NCBI GenBank assembly: GCA_964471825.1
Contig: CAYYKD010000001.1
Span: 65,136 to 129,135, forward strand
From: an uncultured Spirochaetales bacterium
GTDB lineage: Bacteria; Spirochaetota; GWE2-31-10; CAYYKD01
Direction: 5' to 3'
DNA length: 64,000 bases
Positions 38,674 to 47,676 of the stretch are shown here, piece by piece (position 1 is the stretch's first letter; the number at the start of each line of letters is the position of its first letter). The translations under genes were made by a program, and so were the position numbers. Under the pieces are notes generated by a model that was not told the DNA's origin, made no database searches, and saw nothing but the letters and a program-made list of their open reading frames with translations.

Positions 38674-38751
38674 AATTCTCTATCTTTCTCCCGGCTATTC
38701 TCTGCTGTGATACTTACACCCTCAATAAAGTTATCTAGTAATTAATTTCCA

Positions 38752-39030
38752 TCATGGAGAAGGAACACCCATTAATGCAATCATATCAAATATTTCCACT
38801 GTGTAGTTAAGTAGCAGATCGCCAATCCATGGTCCAAAGATCACCAATGCGAGTATTATTGCAACCATCTTAGGCACGAATGTAAGCGTCTGTTCCTGTA
38901 TTGAAGTCGCTGCCTGTAGGATTGAGATTATCAAACCGACAACCATAGCAGTTCCCAGAACAGGCAGAGAGACCAAAAATGTTACCCAGATAGACGCTCT
39001 CGAGATTTCTCCGATAAACTCTGTATCCAT
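38752..39030 (-). CDS. fliQ: Flagellar export apparatus protein FliQ
   Basis: 92 aa. Two TM helices. Conserved FliQ core VGLIISILQAATSIQEQTLTFVPK. Confidence 0.9.
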   Translation of the reverse strand: MDTEFIGEISRASIWVTFLVSLPVLGTAMVVGLIISILQAATSIQEQTLTFVPKMVAIILALVIFGPWIGDLLLNYTVEIFDMIALMGVPSP

Positions 39031-39045
39031 ACAGCTCCCCCTCCG

Positions 39046-39852
39046 CTAGTTGAAACTTCTAAAGATATTGTACGACAGAAGACTCCAGCCATCTACCAAT
39101 ATAAACAGAATCAACTTAAACGGCAGCGAGATCATTACGGGAGGCAACATCATCATACCCATCGCCATCAATATAGATGCAATTATCATATCCAAAACCA
39201 TAAAGGGGATAAAAATTAACACTCCCATCTTAAAACCTACAGTCATTTCATTTATTACAAATGCAGGTATAAGAATATATGAAGGCACATCATCGTATGT
39301 TCCCGGTGGGGGAAGTTTACGCATATTCATAAAGAACCCGATATATTTTGGATCTGTCTGTTTAAACATAAACTCTCTTAATGGAACCATAGACTTCTCA
39401 AAGAACACCTCAGTTGAGGTAATTCTCTGTTCAATCGGAACAGTCTGACTGTTAAAGAATGGAGTGAATGCCTCGTTATTCATCCTCTCAATTGTCGGCC
39501 ACATAATAAAAAGTGTCATAAACATTGCAAGCCCAAATATAACCTGATTTGGCGGCATCTGCTGGAGTGATAATGCCCTCTTTACAAAATCGAGTACTAT
39601 TGCTATCCGCAAAAATGAAGTAACAAGCAGAATAATAGACGGTGCTAGAGTCAGAATAGATAATAAAAAGAGAATCTGAAGTGATAATGATATTTCCTGA
39701 GGTGTCTGTGCCTCTTGTATATCAAGATTGATCTTCGGAATCGGAATTCTTGTTCTGTCGCTTGCCTGAGCATACAGATTTAACCCGATAGGCAATAATA
39801 GTATTAACACAGTTAATAATATCTTTATTTTTTTCATTATTCCCCTCCCCAC
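39046..39852 (-). CDS. fliP: Flagellar export apparatus protein FliP (with signal peptide)
   Basis: 268 aa. Conserved FliP blocks (SFLRIAIVLDFVKRALSLQQMPPNQVI..LAMFMT). True start probably MKKIKILL at 39837. Confidence 0.9.
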   Translation of the reverse strand: MGRGIMKKIKILLTVLILLLPIGLNLYAQASDRTRIPIPKINLDIQEAQTPQEISLSLQILFLLSILTLAPSIILLVTSFLRIAIVLDFVKRALSLQQMPPNQVIFGLAMFMTLFIMWPTIERMNNEAFTPFFNSQTVPIEQRITSTEVFFEKSMVPLREFMFKQTDPKYIGFFMNMRKLPPPGTYDDVPSYILIPAFVINEMTVGFKMGVLIFIPFMVLDMIIASILMAMGMMMLPPVMISLPFKLILFILVDGWSLLSYNIFRSFN

Positions 39853-39973
39853 AAAATAAGAACATGAAAAATTCGTATTTAATTACAGGTAACTTTAATT
39901 TATTTTTAACACAATTGTCACATTTAATTTTCCTATTTCAATGTGAAATTCCTGCACGGACATCTCAATTGAT

Positions 39974-40630
39974 TTATTTATCATCGTCCTTTAACCTCGC
40001 AGCTCTCTTCTTTTGCTCCTCGTAGAAATTTATAGAGTCATTCTCGTAGTTAAACTCTTTCTCAGGTTCTTTCTTAGTAAAAAAATTCTTTAGAAATCGC
40101 GATGAAATATCAATAAAATCATCACCCTCCTCAGCCTTCCTTGTATTAGAGATAATTTCAAGCCTATCAATCTCCTTAGGATCTGTTACCTCTGTTATGA
40201 GTGATATGTTATCATTAGTTACGCCAAGAACAAGATATTTGCCGGCTACAAATACCACCTGGAGGAATTTACCGTTTCCGATAGTCTGACTAAGCAACAC
40301 ATTTGATGGTTCACCTATCATTCCTCTCTTCTTTAGATACCTCTTTAAGATAAGCGACAACAGATAGATTGTGAATACTACGGCAGATAACACCAGTATA
40401 AATCTGATATATGTAAACGCATTTAATCCATAACTTCTGTTCTGTTTGACTGCACTCTCTTGCGATTGAGCTGTTGCTCCGCCCATATACGATTTTACTT
40501 CTTTAAAATACTTGTCTGTTGTTGTATCTGCATATAGATTAAGAATTGAAAATGAAAATAATAATATTATAAAAATAACGAGCTTCCTGATAACATCCCC
40601 CCCCGGATAATTAGCAACTCTACCCTTCAC
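39974..40630 (-). CDS. fliZ: Flagellar protein FliZ (FliO-like single-TM export component of spirochaete fla operons)
   Basis: 218 aa. One TM. Located between fliY and fliP exactly as Borrelia fliZ. Called by synteny. Confidence 0.6.
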   Translation of the reverse strand: MKGRVANYPGGDVIRKLVIFIILLFSFSILNLYADTTTDKYFKEVKSYMGGATAQSQESAVKQNRSYGLNAFTYIRFILVLSAVVFTIYLLSLILKRYLKKRGMIGEPSNVLLSQTIGNGKFLQVVFVAGKYLVLGVTNDNISLITEVTDPKEIDRLEIISNTRKAEEGDDFIDISSRFLKNFFTKKEPEKEFNYENDSINFYEEQKKRAARLKDDDK

Positions 40631-40684
40631 AAATGTGTCTGTAATTCAAATATAATACTTGCCTGTGCCTGCAGGCAATAAATA

Positions 40685-41956
40685 CTACAATTCCTGTATT
40701 CTATCCATAGGACTGATAATCTCGGTAACCCGGACTCCAAAGTTTTCATCGATAACAACTACTTCACCACGAGCTATCAACTTTCCATTAACCAATATAT
40801 CTACAGGTTCCCCTGCCAGTTTATCCAACTCAAGAACTGTTCCTTCACCCATACCAAGTATGTATTTTACAGATTTCCTTGTTCTACCCAACTCAACAGT
40901 CAACTCCATTGAAACATCCATCAAGAGATTGATGTTGCTGGGCTGATTGTCATTCATATTATCTGCAAACGGCTGAAACTGAATATTTTGAACTTGTGCA
41001 TTAGGCGGCACAAAACCTCCGCCCATTTGCATTCCCATATTTTGCTGACCACCCATCATTCCCATGTTAGGCATCCCCATATTCTGCTGACCACCCATCA
41101 TACCCATGTTAGACATCCCCATATTAGGCTGTCCGCCCATCATACCCATGTTAGGCATCCCCATATTAGGCTGTCCACCCATCATACCCATGTTAGACAT
41201 CCCCATATTAGGCTGTCCACCCATCATACCCATGTTAGGCATCCCCATATTAGGCTGACCACCCGATGGCTGGTTTACTTGTGGTACTATCTGAGAGACA
41301 AGCTCTTTAACTGAGCTTAGATCATATAGTTCTACCAGTGTAGATTTTGGATAACCTTCCACCGTAAAATCATAGACAATCTTAACTATATCTGTACTTC
41401 CAAATGAAATGGCATCCTTAGATTTCTTAGAGAACTCAGGAGGGCTTGTTCGCAGTTCTTTCTTTGCTATTGTACCCATCGTTGTACAGGCGTTTCCAAC
41501 AAGAACATTCATCGCCTCACCGATTGCACTTAAAGAGGCCTCAGTGATCTCACCTCCATCCTGCCCCATCATTAGCCCTGCAATAACAGATGATGAATCC
41601 ATCTGAAGAATATATGAATGGGCTCCCGATATACCCGAGTCAAAATCCATCTGTACTTCTACTATCTCTCCCGGCAACTGACTTTTTACGCCAACCAGAT
41701 TTGTTACTTCAATTCTAGGGTTGGTAATAGTCACCCCTGTGTTAATCATCGCCTCAAGAGCCTTGCCCTGCTTCTCAGAGGACTGATTTAGTAGGTCCTG
41801 AAATGCATTTAATTCCCCCTGTGTAAGCCCCGCTGAACTGCCCATCCCACCTGATGCACCGCCAAACATATCACCGCCACCATCTGATGGGGAAAAATCA
41901 TCTGAACCCTGTAACAATGCATCTATTTCATCCTGTGATAATGAACCATCACTCAT
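40685..41956 (-). CDS. fliY: Flagellar motor switch protein FliY (CheC-like N-domain plus FliN C-domain) with internal Met/Gly/Asn/Pro-rich repeat linker
   Basis: Start at MSDGSLSQDEIDALLQG, with a GGGGAG RBS. This is M6 of the track ORF and sits 2 nt after the fliM stop. C-terminal FliN/SpoA block LLMDVSMELTVELGRTRKSVKYILGMGEGTVLELDKLAGEPVDILVNGKLIARGEVVVIDENFGVRVTEI. Confidence 0.85.
   Translation of the reverse strand: MSDGSLSQDEIDALLQGSDDFSPSDGGGDMFGGASGGMGSSAGLTQGELNAFQDLLNQSSEKQGKALEAMINTGVTITNPRIEVTNLVGVKSQLPGEIVEVQMDFDSGISGAHSYILQMDSSSVIAGLMMGQDGGEITEASLSAIGEAMNVLVGNACTTMGTIAKKELRTSPPEFSKKSKDAISFGSTDIVKIVYDFTVEGYPKSTLVELYDLSSVKELVSQIVPQVNQPSGGQPNMGMPNMGMMGGQPNMGMSNMGMMGGQPNMGMPNMGMMGGQPNMGMSNMGMMGGQQNMGMPNMGMMGGQQNMGMQMGGGFVPPNAQVQNIQFQPFADNMNDNQPSNINLLMDVSMELTVELGRTRKSVKYILGMGEGTVLELDKLAGEPVDILVNGKLIARGEVVVIDENFGVRVTEIISPMDRIQEL
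41005..41265 (-). repeat. In-frame 42-bp tandem repeat (~6 copies) inside fliY, encoding (QPNMGM[PS]NMGMMGG)n
   Basis: Plus-strand units such as catcatacccatgttagacatccccatattaggctgtccacc recur head-to-tail with few substitutions across about 41010-41262. Protein repeats QPNMGMPNMGMMGG x6. Confidence 0.85.
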
Positions 41957-42980
41957 TATTTGCCTCCCCATCTAACTCTTCAATATCTTTAATCTCTTGA
42001 CCTCTTATAACCTTTACAACCTGTACAGCCATCCTGGCGCCGCTCAATCCCGGGCGGCACTCAAACTTATGTTGATTTCCAACCTTTACGATGAAATTAT
42101 CTGTAAGCTTGACATTATCAAGTTTAACAAGATCACCCATCTTTAGAGCAAGAACATCTTTTATCTTAACATCTATTTTACCAATCTCTACTATGACATC
42201 TACATTAACTGTCTTTAACCTATCCTTAATTATGGCAAGATTCTCAGTTGTCGCACCTTTTCGGACGCTCGAATACCAGTACTGACCCGACAACTTTGAG
42301 ATAACAGGTTCAATCGTAATATATGGTATACAAAAATTGGTCATCCCTTCAACTTCGCCTATCTTAGTCTCAAGTGTAACCAATACGACCATGTCTGATG
42401 GAGGTACTATCTGTGCAAACTGCGGATTTACTTCTATCCGTCCAAGCCTTGGTCTGAGATCAATAACATTTGCCCATGCTTCCCGAAGATTTCCAAGAAT
42501 ACGAACTATTACACCCTCAATAACGGCCTGTTCAATCTCTGTCAACTCGCGTGTGATCTTTGATGAACCTTCGCCCTTTCCACCGAAAAGTTTATCAATA
42601 ATAGCAAATGTAATGGATGGATCAATCTCGAGAACTGCATTACCCTTTAACGGCTCCATATCTATTACGGCAAGTGTTGTAGGATTAGGAATAGACCGGA
42701 TAAACTCTTCATAAGTCAACTGGTCAACCGAGGCAACATGCACATGAGCCATAGCTCTTAGCTGTGCCGAAAGCCCTGTTGTAGTCAAACGGGCAAATGT
42801 TTCGTGAATCATAGAAATAGTTCTAATCTGATCCTTAGAAAACTTATCAGGTCTCTTAAAATCATATATCTTGATTTTACGAGAATCCTGCTTTTCGTTC
42901 ATTTCCTCGGCATCAACTTCACCGGTAGAGATTGCTGTTAATAACTGGTCTATCTCCTCCTGGGAGAGTACTTCCGTCAC
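41949..42980 (-). CDS. fliM: Flagellar motor switch protein FliM
   Basis: 343 aa. N-terminal MTEVLSQEEIDQLL (CheY-P binding motif LSQxEIDxLL). CheC-like middle domain. Confidence 0.9.
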   Translation of the reverse strand: MTEVLSQEEIDQLLTAISTGEVDAEEMNEKQDSRKIKIYDFKRPDKFSKDQIRTISMIHETFARLTTTGLSAQLRAMAHVHVASVDQLTYEEFIRSIPNPTTLAVIDMEPLKGNAVLEIDPSITFAIIDKLFGGKGEGSSKITRELTEIEQAVIEGVIVRILGNLREAWANVIDLRPRLGRIEVNPQFAQIVPPSDMVVLVTLETKIGEVEGMTNFCIPYITIEPVISKLSGQYWYSSVRKGATTENLAIIKDRLKTVNVDVIVEIGKIDVKIKDVLALKMGDLVKLDNVKLTDNFIVKVGNQHKFECRPGLSGARMAVQVVKVIRGQEIKDIEELDGEANNE

Positions 42981-43021
42981 AATTTGCCTCGCTTATTTGC
43001 ATCTACATCGCTTATTTGCTT

Positions 43022-43573
43022 CTACATTAATGTGTATTCCTGGAAGAATAACTTATCTACCTTACCATCATTTATAATTCTATTAATCTGTTTTAAAATA
43101 TCCCGTTCCAACTTATCAAGACTCGCACCTTCCTGATCCACAAAATCCTCTGACTTAAGCCTGGAAAGGTGTCTGATAATGATATCCCTAAGCTCCGGTT
43201 TGATCTGACTCAACTCGGTTTGAAGTTTCTTATCACCGGTTTTATAGCCGAGCATTACTTTTAACTGTATCATCCTTCCATCAAGAAGCTGCTGTCTGAA
43301 GGTCGCATCAAGGTCCATATAATCAAGATGTGTTACAGCCTGTCTCTTGATCCCATCAACCTCTGTTAATGTCGGGCCGCTTGGTTTAACTGACTTGATA
43401 ACAATCATTGATACTACAATAGAGATTATAAGCATTGCGATAAGAGATGCAGCTATAGAAAGAATCTTTACAACAAGAGGGCTTAATCCACCGCCCTTTT
43501 TGGGGGTGCCGCTTGCAGCTTCTTCTTGACCGCCGATATCACCTTCTATATCATCTTTTTCCTCATCTGACAT
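43022..43573 (-). CDS. fliL: Flagellar basal-body-associated protein FliL
   Basis: 183 aa. Acidic N-tail, single TM (LVVKILSIAASLIAMLIISIVVSMIVI), then FliL-like C-domain. Position between motB and fliM. Confidence 0.8.
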   Translation of the reverse strand: MSDEEKDDIEGDIGGQEEAASGTPKKGGGLSPLVVKILSIAASLIAMLIISIVVSMIVIKSVKPSGPTLTEVDGIKRQAVTHLDYMDLDATFRQQLLDGRMIQLKVMLGYKTGDKKLQTELSQIKPELRDIIIRHLSRLKSEDFVDQEGASLDKLERDILKQINRIINDGKVDKLFFQEYTLM

Positions 43574-43656
43574 AACCCCTCCAAAACAGTAATATTATTT
43601 AATTTTTTAAAAAATGTCAATAAAAAATCGATTTTCTACTGAATTCAACAGATTTA

Positions 43657-44388
43657 CTACTTTTCCCTTTTGATTAACACATCAACTCGACGATTTTTAC
43701 TTCGCCCCTCCTCCGTATCATTGGAGTACATATTTTTATATTCACCATAGCCCATAACAGACAACTTTGACGGTTCTGCCCCAAAATCAACCAGATAATT
43801 TAACACATTAAGTGATCTTGCAACTGACAGATCCCAGTTTGTCGGCCACGGCCCATATGGATCTGTTGGAGAATTATCGGTAAAACCTTCAATAATTATC
43901 TCATTATTTCTATATTCTGTCTTCGTTATTAACTGTGCCACTTTTTCAAGAACACTTCTCGCAGTATCAATATCAAGCTCTGCACTGGCCGGCCTAAAGA
44001 ATGCATCCGCAGAAAGTGAGACTGTTATCCCTCTCTCGCTTACATCGACACGCACCTTTTTGTTTTTTATCTCTGTATGAAACAATGACACGGCCTCTCT
44101 CACCTGCTTGGCCATGCTCTTTCCTTTGTCTGTGGACGGCAAACTCTCCATCGTATTGCCCATCTCGGCAAGTTTACCCGGACTAAGCGTTTGACCGCCG
44201 GGCAGCAGACCGAATGAACCGGTAAATGCAGATAATATTAACTGCATCTCTGTATCACTTTTTCCAATAGGTAATGTCGCAAGTAACATTACAAAGAATG
44301 TTAGCAATAACGAATTTAAATCTCCAAATGTTAACATCCAATCAGGAACGCCCTCAGGGCATTTTTGTTCCTTCTTTTTTTCGGACAT
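43657..44388 (-). CDS. motB: Flagellar motor stator protein MotB
   Basis: 243 aa. N-terminal PDWMLTFGDLNSLLLTFFVMLL (conserved MotB plug/TM with Asp). C-terminal OmpA-like peptidoglycan-binding motif (NRRVDVLI). Confidence 0.9.
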   Translation of the reverse strand: MSEKKKEQKCPEGVPDWMLTFGDLNSLLLTFFVMLLATLPIGKSDTEMQLILSAFTGSFGLLPGGQTLSPGKLAEMGNTMESLPSTDKGKSMAKQVREAVSLFHTEIKNKKVRVDVSERGITVSLSADAFFRPASAELDIDTARSVLEKVAQLITKTEYRNNEIIIEGFTDNSPTDPYGPWPTNWDLSVARSLNVLNYLVDFGAEPSKLSVMGYGEYKNMYSNDTEEGRSKNRRVDVLIKREK

Positions 44389-44397
44389 AAGTCCTCC

Positions 44398-45174
44398 TTA
44401 ATCTTCAGATGTTTTTAGTTTAGCTCTATCCTTAGGCGGAATAAATGCCAGGAGCTTTTCCTCAACAACTCTCGGGTTATCACCTGTCTGAATTGAAAGA
44501 ATACCCTCAACTATTATCTCCATCTCACCAACCTCACCATTACTTCTCATCTCAAGTTTATCTTTTGCAGGCCCAAACACCAGGTTTGCGAAGATAGCAC
44601 CGTAGAATGTTGTGATAAGAGCAGCCGCCATCCCTTTACCGATCGCTGATGGGTCACCCATGTTTGCTAACATACCTACCAGACCATATAGCGTACCGAT
44701 CATACCCCACGCAGGTGCAAGTTTACACCAGTCTGAGAATAACTTTATCGGACCGGCGTGCCTTGAGGCTTTCTGATTCATCTGATTATATAGAATTGCC
44801 TTAATGACATCCGGGTCGGTCCCATCTACAACCAACCTGATCCCCTGCTTAAAAAATTCATCGGTCAACGATTCTACATCATCTTCCAATGATAACAACC
44901 CCTCTCTTCTAGATTTTTCTGAAAATGAGACGAGTGTTTTTATTATATCAGCAACATTTGACTTTGGCTGCTTATATATAAGGGCAAAATATTTTGTTAT
45001 CTTAGAAAGCACCCCCATATCTGAGGATACCATTAGTGCGGCAAACGATCCGACGAGCGTAATAAACACTGACGGTAAGTCTAGATAGAGAAGTATTGAG
45101 AACCCCCCGATAAATATCGATATAATAATCGCCATAAACCCCAACGGAATCCCAATCAGTGAACCCATATCCAT
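44398..45174 (-). CDS. motA: Flagellar motor stator protein MotA
   Basis: 4-TM MotA/TolQ/ExbB-family protein. Probable start MDMGSLIGIPLGF with AGGAG RBS (M10 of the track ORF 44398..45201). Confidence 0.85.
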   Translation of the reverse strand: MDMGSLIGIPLGFMAIIISIFIGGFSILLYLDLPSVFITLVGSFAALMVSSDMGVLSKITKYFALIYKQPKSNVADIIKTLVSFSEKSRREGLLSLEDDVESLTDEFFKQGIRLVVDGTDPDVIKAILYNQMNQKASRHAGPIKLFSDWCKLAPAWGMIGTLYGLVGMLANMGDPSAIGKGMAAALITTFYGAIFANLVFGPAKDKLEMRSNGEVGEMEIIVEGILSIQTGDNPRVVEEKLLAFIPPKDRAKLKTSED

Positions 45175-45238
45175 AAAAATATCTCCTAAACAGATAGGCA
45201 AGGCCCATCTTTTTCATATTTACATTGCCGATTTTACT

Positions 45239-45424
45239 CTACTGGTCAATCAACAAGATTTTACCTCTTTTAATCAGTTCCATCACTACTTCTGCACCCT
45301 CTTTAACTAGATATTGCGTCTGAGAGTTCATTGTAATCATCGTATCCGGTTTCATCTCAATTCTTTCAATCAAGAATGGGTTTAAATAAACTGAGTCGCC
45401 ATTAAGTCTTGTTAATTTTATCAT
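45239..45424 (-). CDS. flbD: Flagellar protein FlbD
   Basis: 61 aa. MIKLTRLNGDSVYLNPFLIERIE matches FlbD. Located between flgE and motA as in Borrelia. Confidence 0.85.
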   Translation of the reverse strand: MIKLTRLNGDSVYLNPFLIERIEMKPDTMITMNSQTQYLVKEGAEVVMELIKRGKILLIDQ

Positions 45425-45684
45425 TAGCTCTCTCTTCTTGCAAAATCATATAGCACACATATATCACAAACCGGATAGAGGGATTTGCTGCGAAGTTTTT
45501 TTCTTATATCTATATCAAAACTATATCAAATCTCGGTATCAACAATCTGTATCAAAATCCCTGCCATTTTTAAAAAAATTATTTTTACTATAACAATATT
45601 TGAATTCTTATGTCAATAAAAAAATAGAGATGTGAGAGAAATTTTTCATTATTTCCCTACATCTCAACTATTTACACTAGAATT

Positions 45685-47148
45685 CTACCTTTTTAGACTT
45701 AGAAGTTCCTGTATCATCTGATCGGCCGTCTGTATAGTCTTACTGTTTGCTTGAAACCCCCGTTGAGTTACAATCATGTCTGTGAACTGATCTGCCAGAT
45801 CCACATTACTCATTTCCAGTGTACCGGCAATTATCTTACCCAATCCAACCGTACCGGCCTGAGCAATATCGGCCTCACCGGAGTTATTTGACATAACAAA
45901 GTTTGTTTCACCGGCTTTTTCAAGACCTTGAACATTGACAAAGTTTGCAAGAGCAAGCTGTGCAAGTGCTCTATTATTTCCATTCGAAAAAACACCCGTA
46001 ATAGTTCCTGTATCATCTATCTTAAAGCCTTCGAGGTAACCCATTCCATAACCATCCTGTCTAAATGGTTTTGTTGAGAAACCTGAAGCAAACTGTGTTA
46101 CCCCGATTCTATCGCTGGTTGACACCTGACCTGCAACACCCATATTCATCTGGATATTTATGTTCTGTCCCGGTGAATCAGGCGTTGTATTTGGTACATT
46201 TAAGTTTATATTAAAGAACAACTCGCCCTCACTCTTTGTATCAAGTACATTTCCCTCAGCATCGAGGTCTGAGACAGAGGCAAGTCTTCCCAAGTTATCA
46301 AACCTCATGATAAACTCATTCTGATTTGGATTGGTTACTGCAGCATTACTTTCTCCCTCAGTAGCATTTGTACTTAGTGAGAATTGATCATTTGGAATCT
46401 GTATTCTTAATTCGGGGTTATTTGGATCTTTTTGAAACATCTCTACCCTTGCACGCCACTCATTCGTATTGGATTTGTAGAATGTATATCTTGACTCATA
46501 GGTGTTTCCCTGAGAATCATATATATCTATACTTGATTGCCATGTGTTTTTATCCCGTTCACCCTGAGTCAGTGCATTTAAATCCTCTACAATCGGCTTC
46601 TGAGCCATAAGATTACACTTGAAATCAACATTGGTTGTCTGCTTAGCCGGATCCTTAGAGTAGAGCGGTATCTTAATATCAGACGGACTTCCATCTGCCT
46701 TCATAACAAACTCTCCATTAACCTCCCTGCTATTCCAACCTTGCACCTTAAGACCTGAGGCCGGATTTACAAGAAGACCATCCTTATCAAGACTGAACGC
46801 ACCTGCTCTCGTAAAAAATGTTTTATCACCATCTTTTAAGATAAAGAATCCGTTTCCTGATAATGCCATATCCAGATTATTGCCGGTTGTCTGTAGTGAT
46901 CCTTGAGTATGAATAGTATCAATAGTTGCGATCATCATACCAAGACCAACCTGTTTAGGGTTAACCCCCCCCTTATTCTCTGTTGGTTTTGCGGCACCAC
47001 TCATAGTTTGAGATATCATGTCCTGAAAGTTTACCCGCCCCTTTTTAAAACCGGTAGTGTTTACATTGGATATGTTGTTACCAACAACATCCATTCTGAT
47101 TTGATGGTTCTGCAGACCGCTTACGCCCGCAAATAGTGACCGCATCAT
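45685..47148 (-). CDS. flgE: Flagellar hook protein FlgE
   Basis: 487 aa. N-terminal MMRSLFAGVSGLQNHQIRMDVVGNNISNVNTTGFK and C-terminal rod/hook motif (GFQANSKTIQTADQMIQELLSLKR). Confidence 0.9.
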   Translation of the reverse strand: MMRSLFAGVSGLQNHQIRMDVVGNNISNVNTTGFKKGRVNFQDMISQTMSGAAKPTENKGGVNPKQVGLGMMIATIDTIHTQGSLQTTGNNLDMALSGNGFFILKDGDKTFFTRAGAFSLDKDGLLVNPASGLKVQGWNSREVNGEFVMKADGSPSDIKIPLYSKDPAKQTTNVDFKCNLMAQKPIVEDLNALTQGERDKNTWQSSIDIYDSQGNTYESRYTFYKSNTNEWRARVEMFQKDPNNPELRIQIPNDQFSLSTNATEGESNAAVTNPNQNEFIMRFDNLGRLASVSDLDAEGNVLDTKSEGELFFNINLNVPNTTPDSPGQNINIQMNMGVAGQVSTSDRIGVTQFASGFSTKPFRQDGYGMGYLEGFKIDDTGTITGVFSNGNNRALAQLALANFVNVQGLEKAGETNFVMSNNSGEADIAQAGTVGLGKIIAGTLEMSNVDLADQFTDMIVTQRGFQANSKTIQTADQMIQELLSLKR

Positions 47149-47187
47149 AATAATACTCCTTTAGTTCTGTTAAATATTCACACTCAG

Positions 47188-47658
47188 TTAATTTTTTACT
47201 TTTACAATATCTGATGCAGGATAGTTGACTCCATCGATCGTTACAACCGAGTCATTGCCAATCTTACCTACAGATTCAACCATACCACTTATGAGCCGCG
47301 GATTTCCATTCTTGTCTGCCATAGAGCTGCTCTCAATATCAACCTGTTTACCAAGAAGATCAAAACTTGATTGAAATGATAGATTTCCAAGAAACTTTTC
47401 CATATTCGTATTGATGTTCAACATCTGCTCAAGTGATGAGAACTGTGCCATCTGTGCAATAAACTCTCTATCCTGCATTGGATTTGTCGGGTCCTGATGC
47501 TGAAGTTGAGTAACAAGAAGTTTAAGGAATTGATCCTTACCCATCTCCTTTACCGTCTCTCTCTTTTCAGCCTTAAGCTTATTATTTACCTCATCAGTTC
47601 TAAGCTTTGACATGAACTTATCCTGACTTGTCTGTTGAAACATTCCACCTATATCCAT
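47188..47658 (-). CDS. flgD: Flagellar hook capping/assembly protein FlgD
   Basis: 156 aa. KDQFLKLLVTQLQHQDPTNPM is the conserved FlgD N-terminal block. Confidence 0.85.
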   Translation of the reverse strand: MDIGGMFQQTSQDKFMSKLRTDEVNNKLKAEKRETVKEMGKDQFLKLLVTQLQHQDPTNPMQDREFIAQMAQFSSLEQMLNINTNMEKFLGNLSFQSSFDLLGKQVDIESSSMADKNGNPRLISGMVESVGKIGNDSVVTIDGVNYPASDIVKVKN

Positions 47659-47676
47659 CTATATTACCCCCTGAAA

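Noticed and set aside
41005-41265. Possible CRISPR array (regular 42-bp repeats)
   Set aside because: Units are contiguous with no unique spacers and lie in-frame inside fliY, encoding a low-complexity linker. No cas genes or leader.
40988-41314. Plus-strand 108-aa ORF with a striking His-rich repeat (HHTHVRHPHIRLS)n
   Set aside because: It is the antisense reading of the 42-bp tandem repeat inside fliY. Its periodicity is entirely explained by the coding repeat on the minus strand, and it has no RBS.
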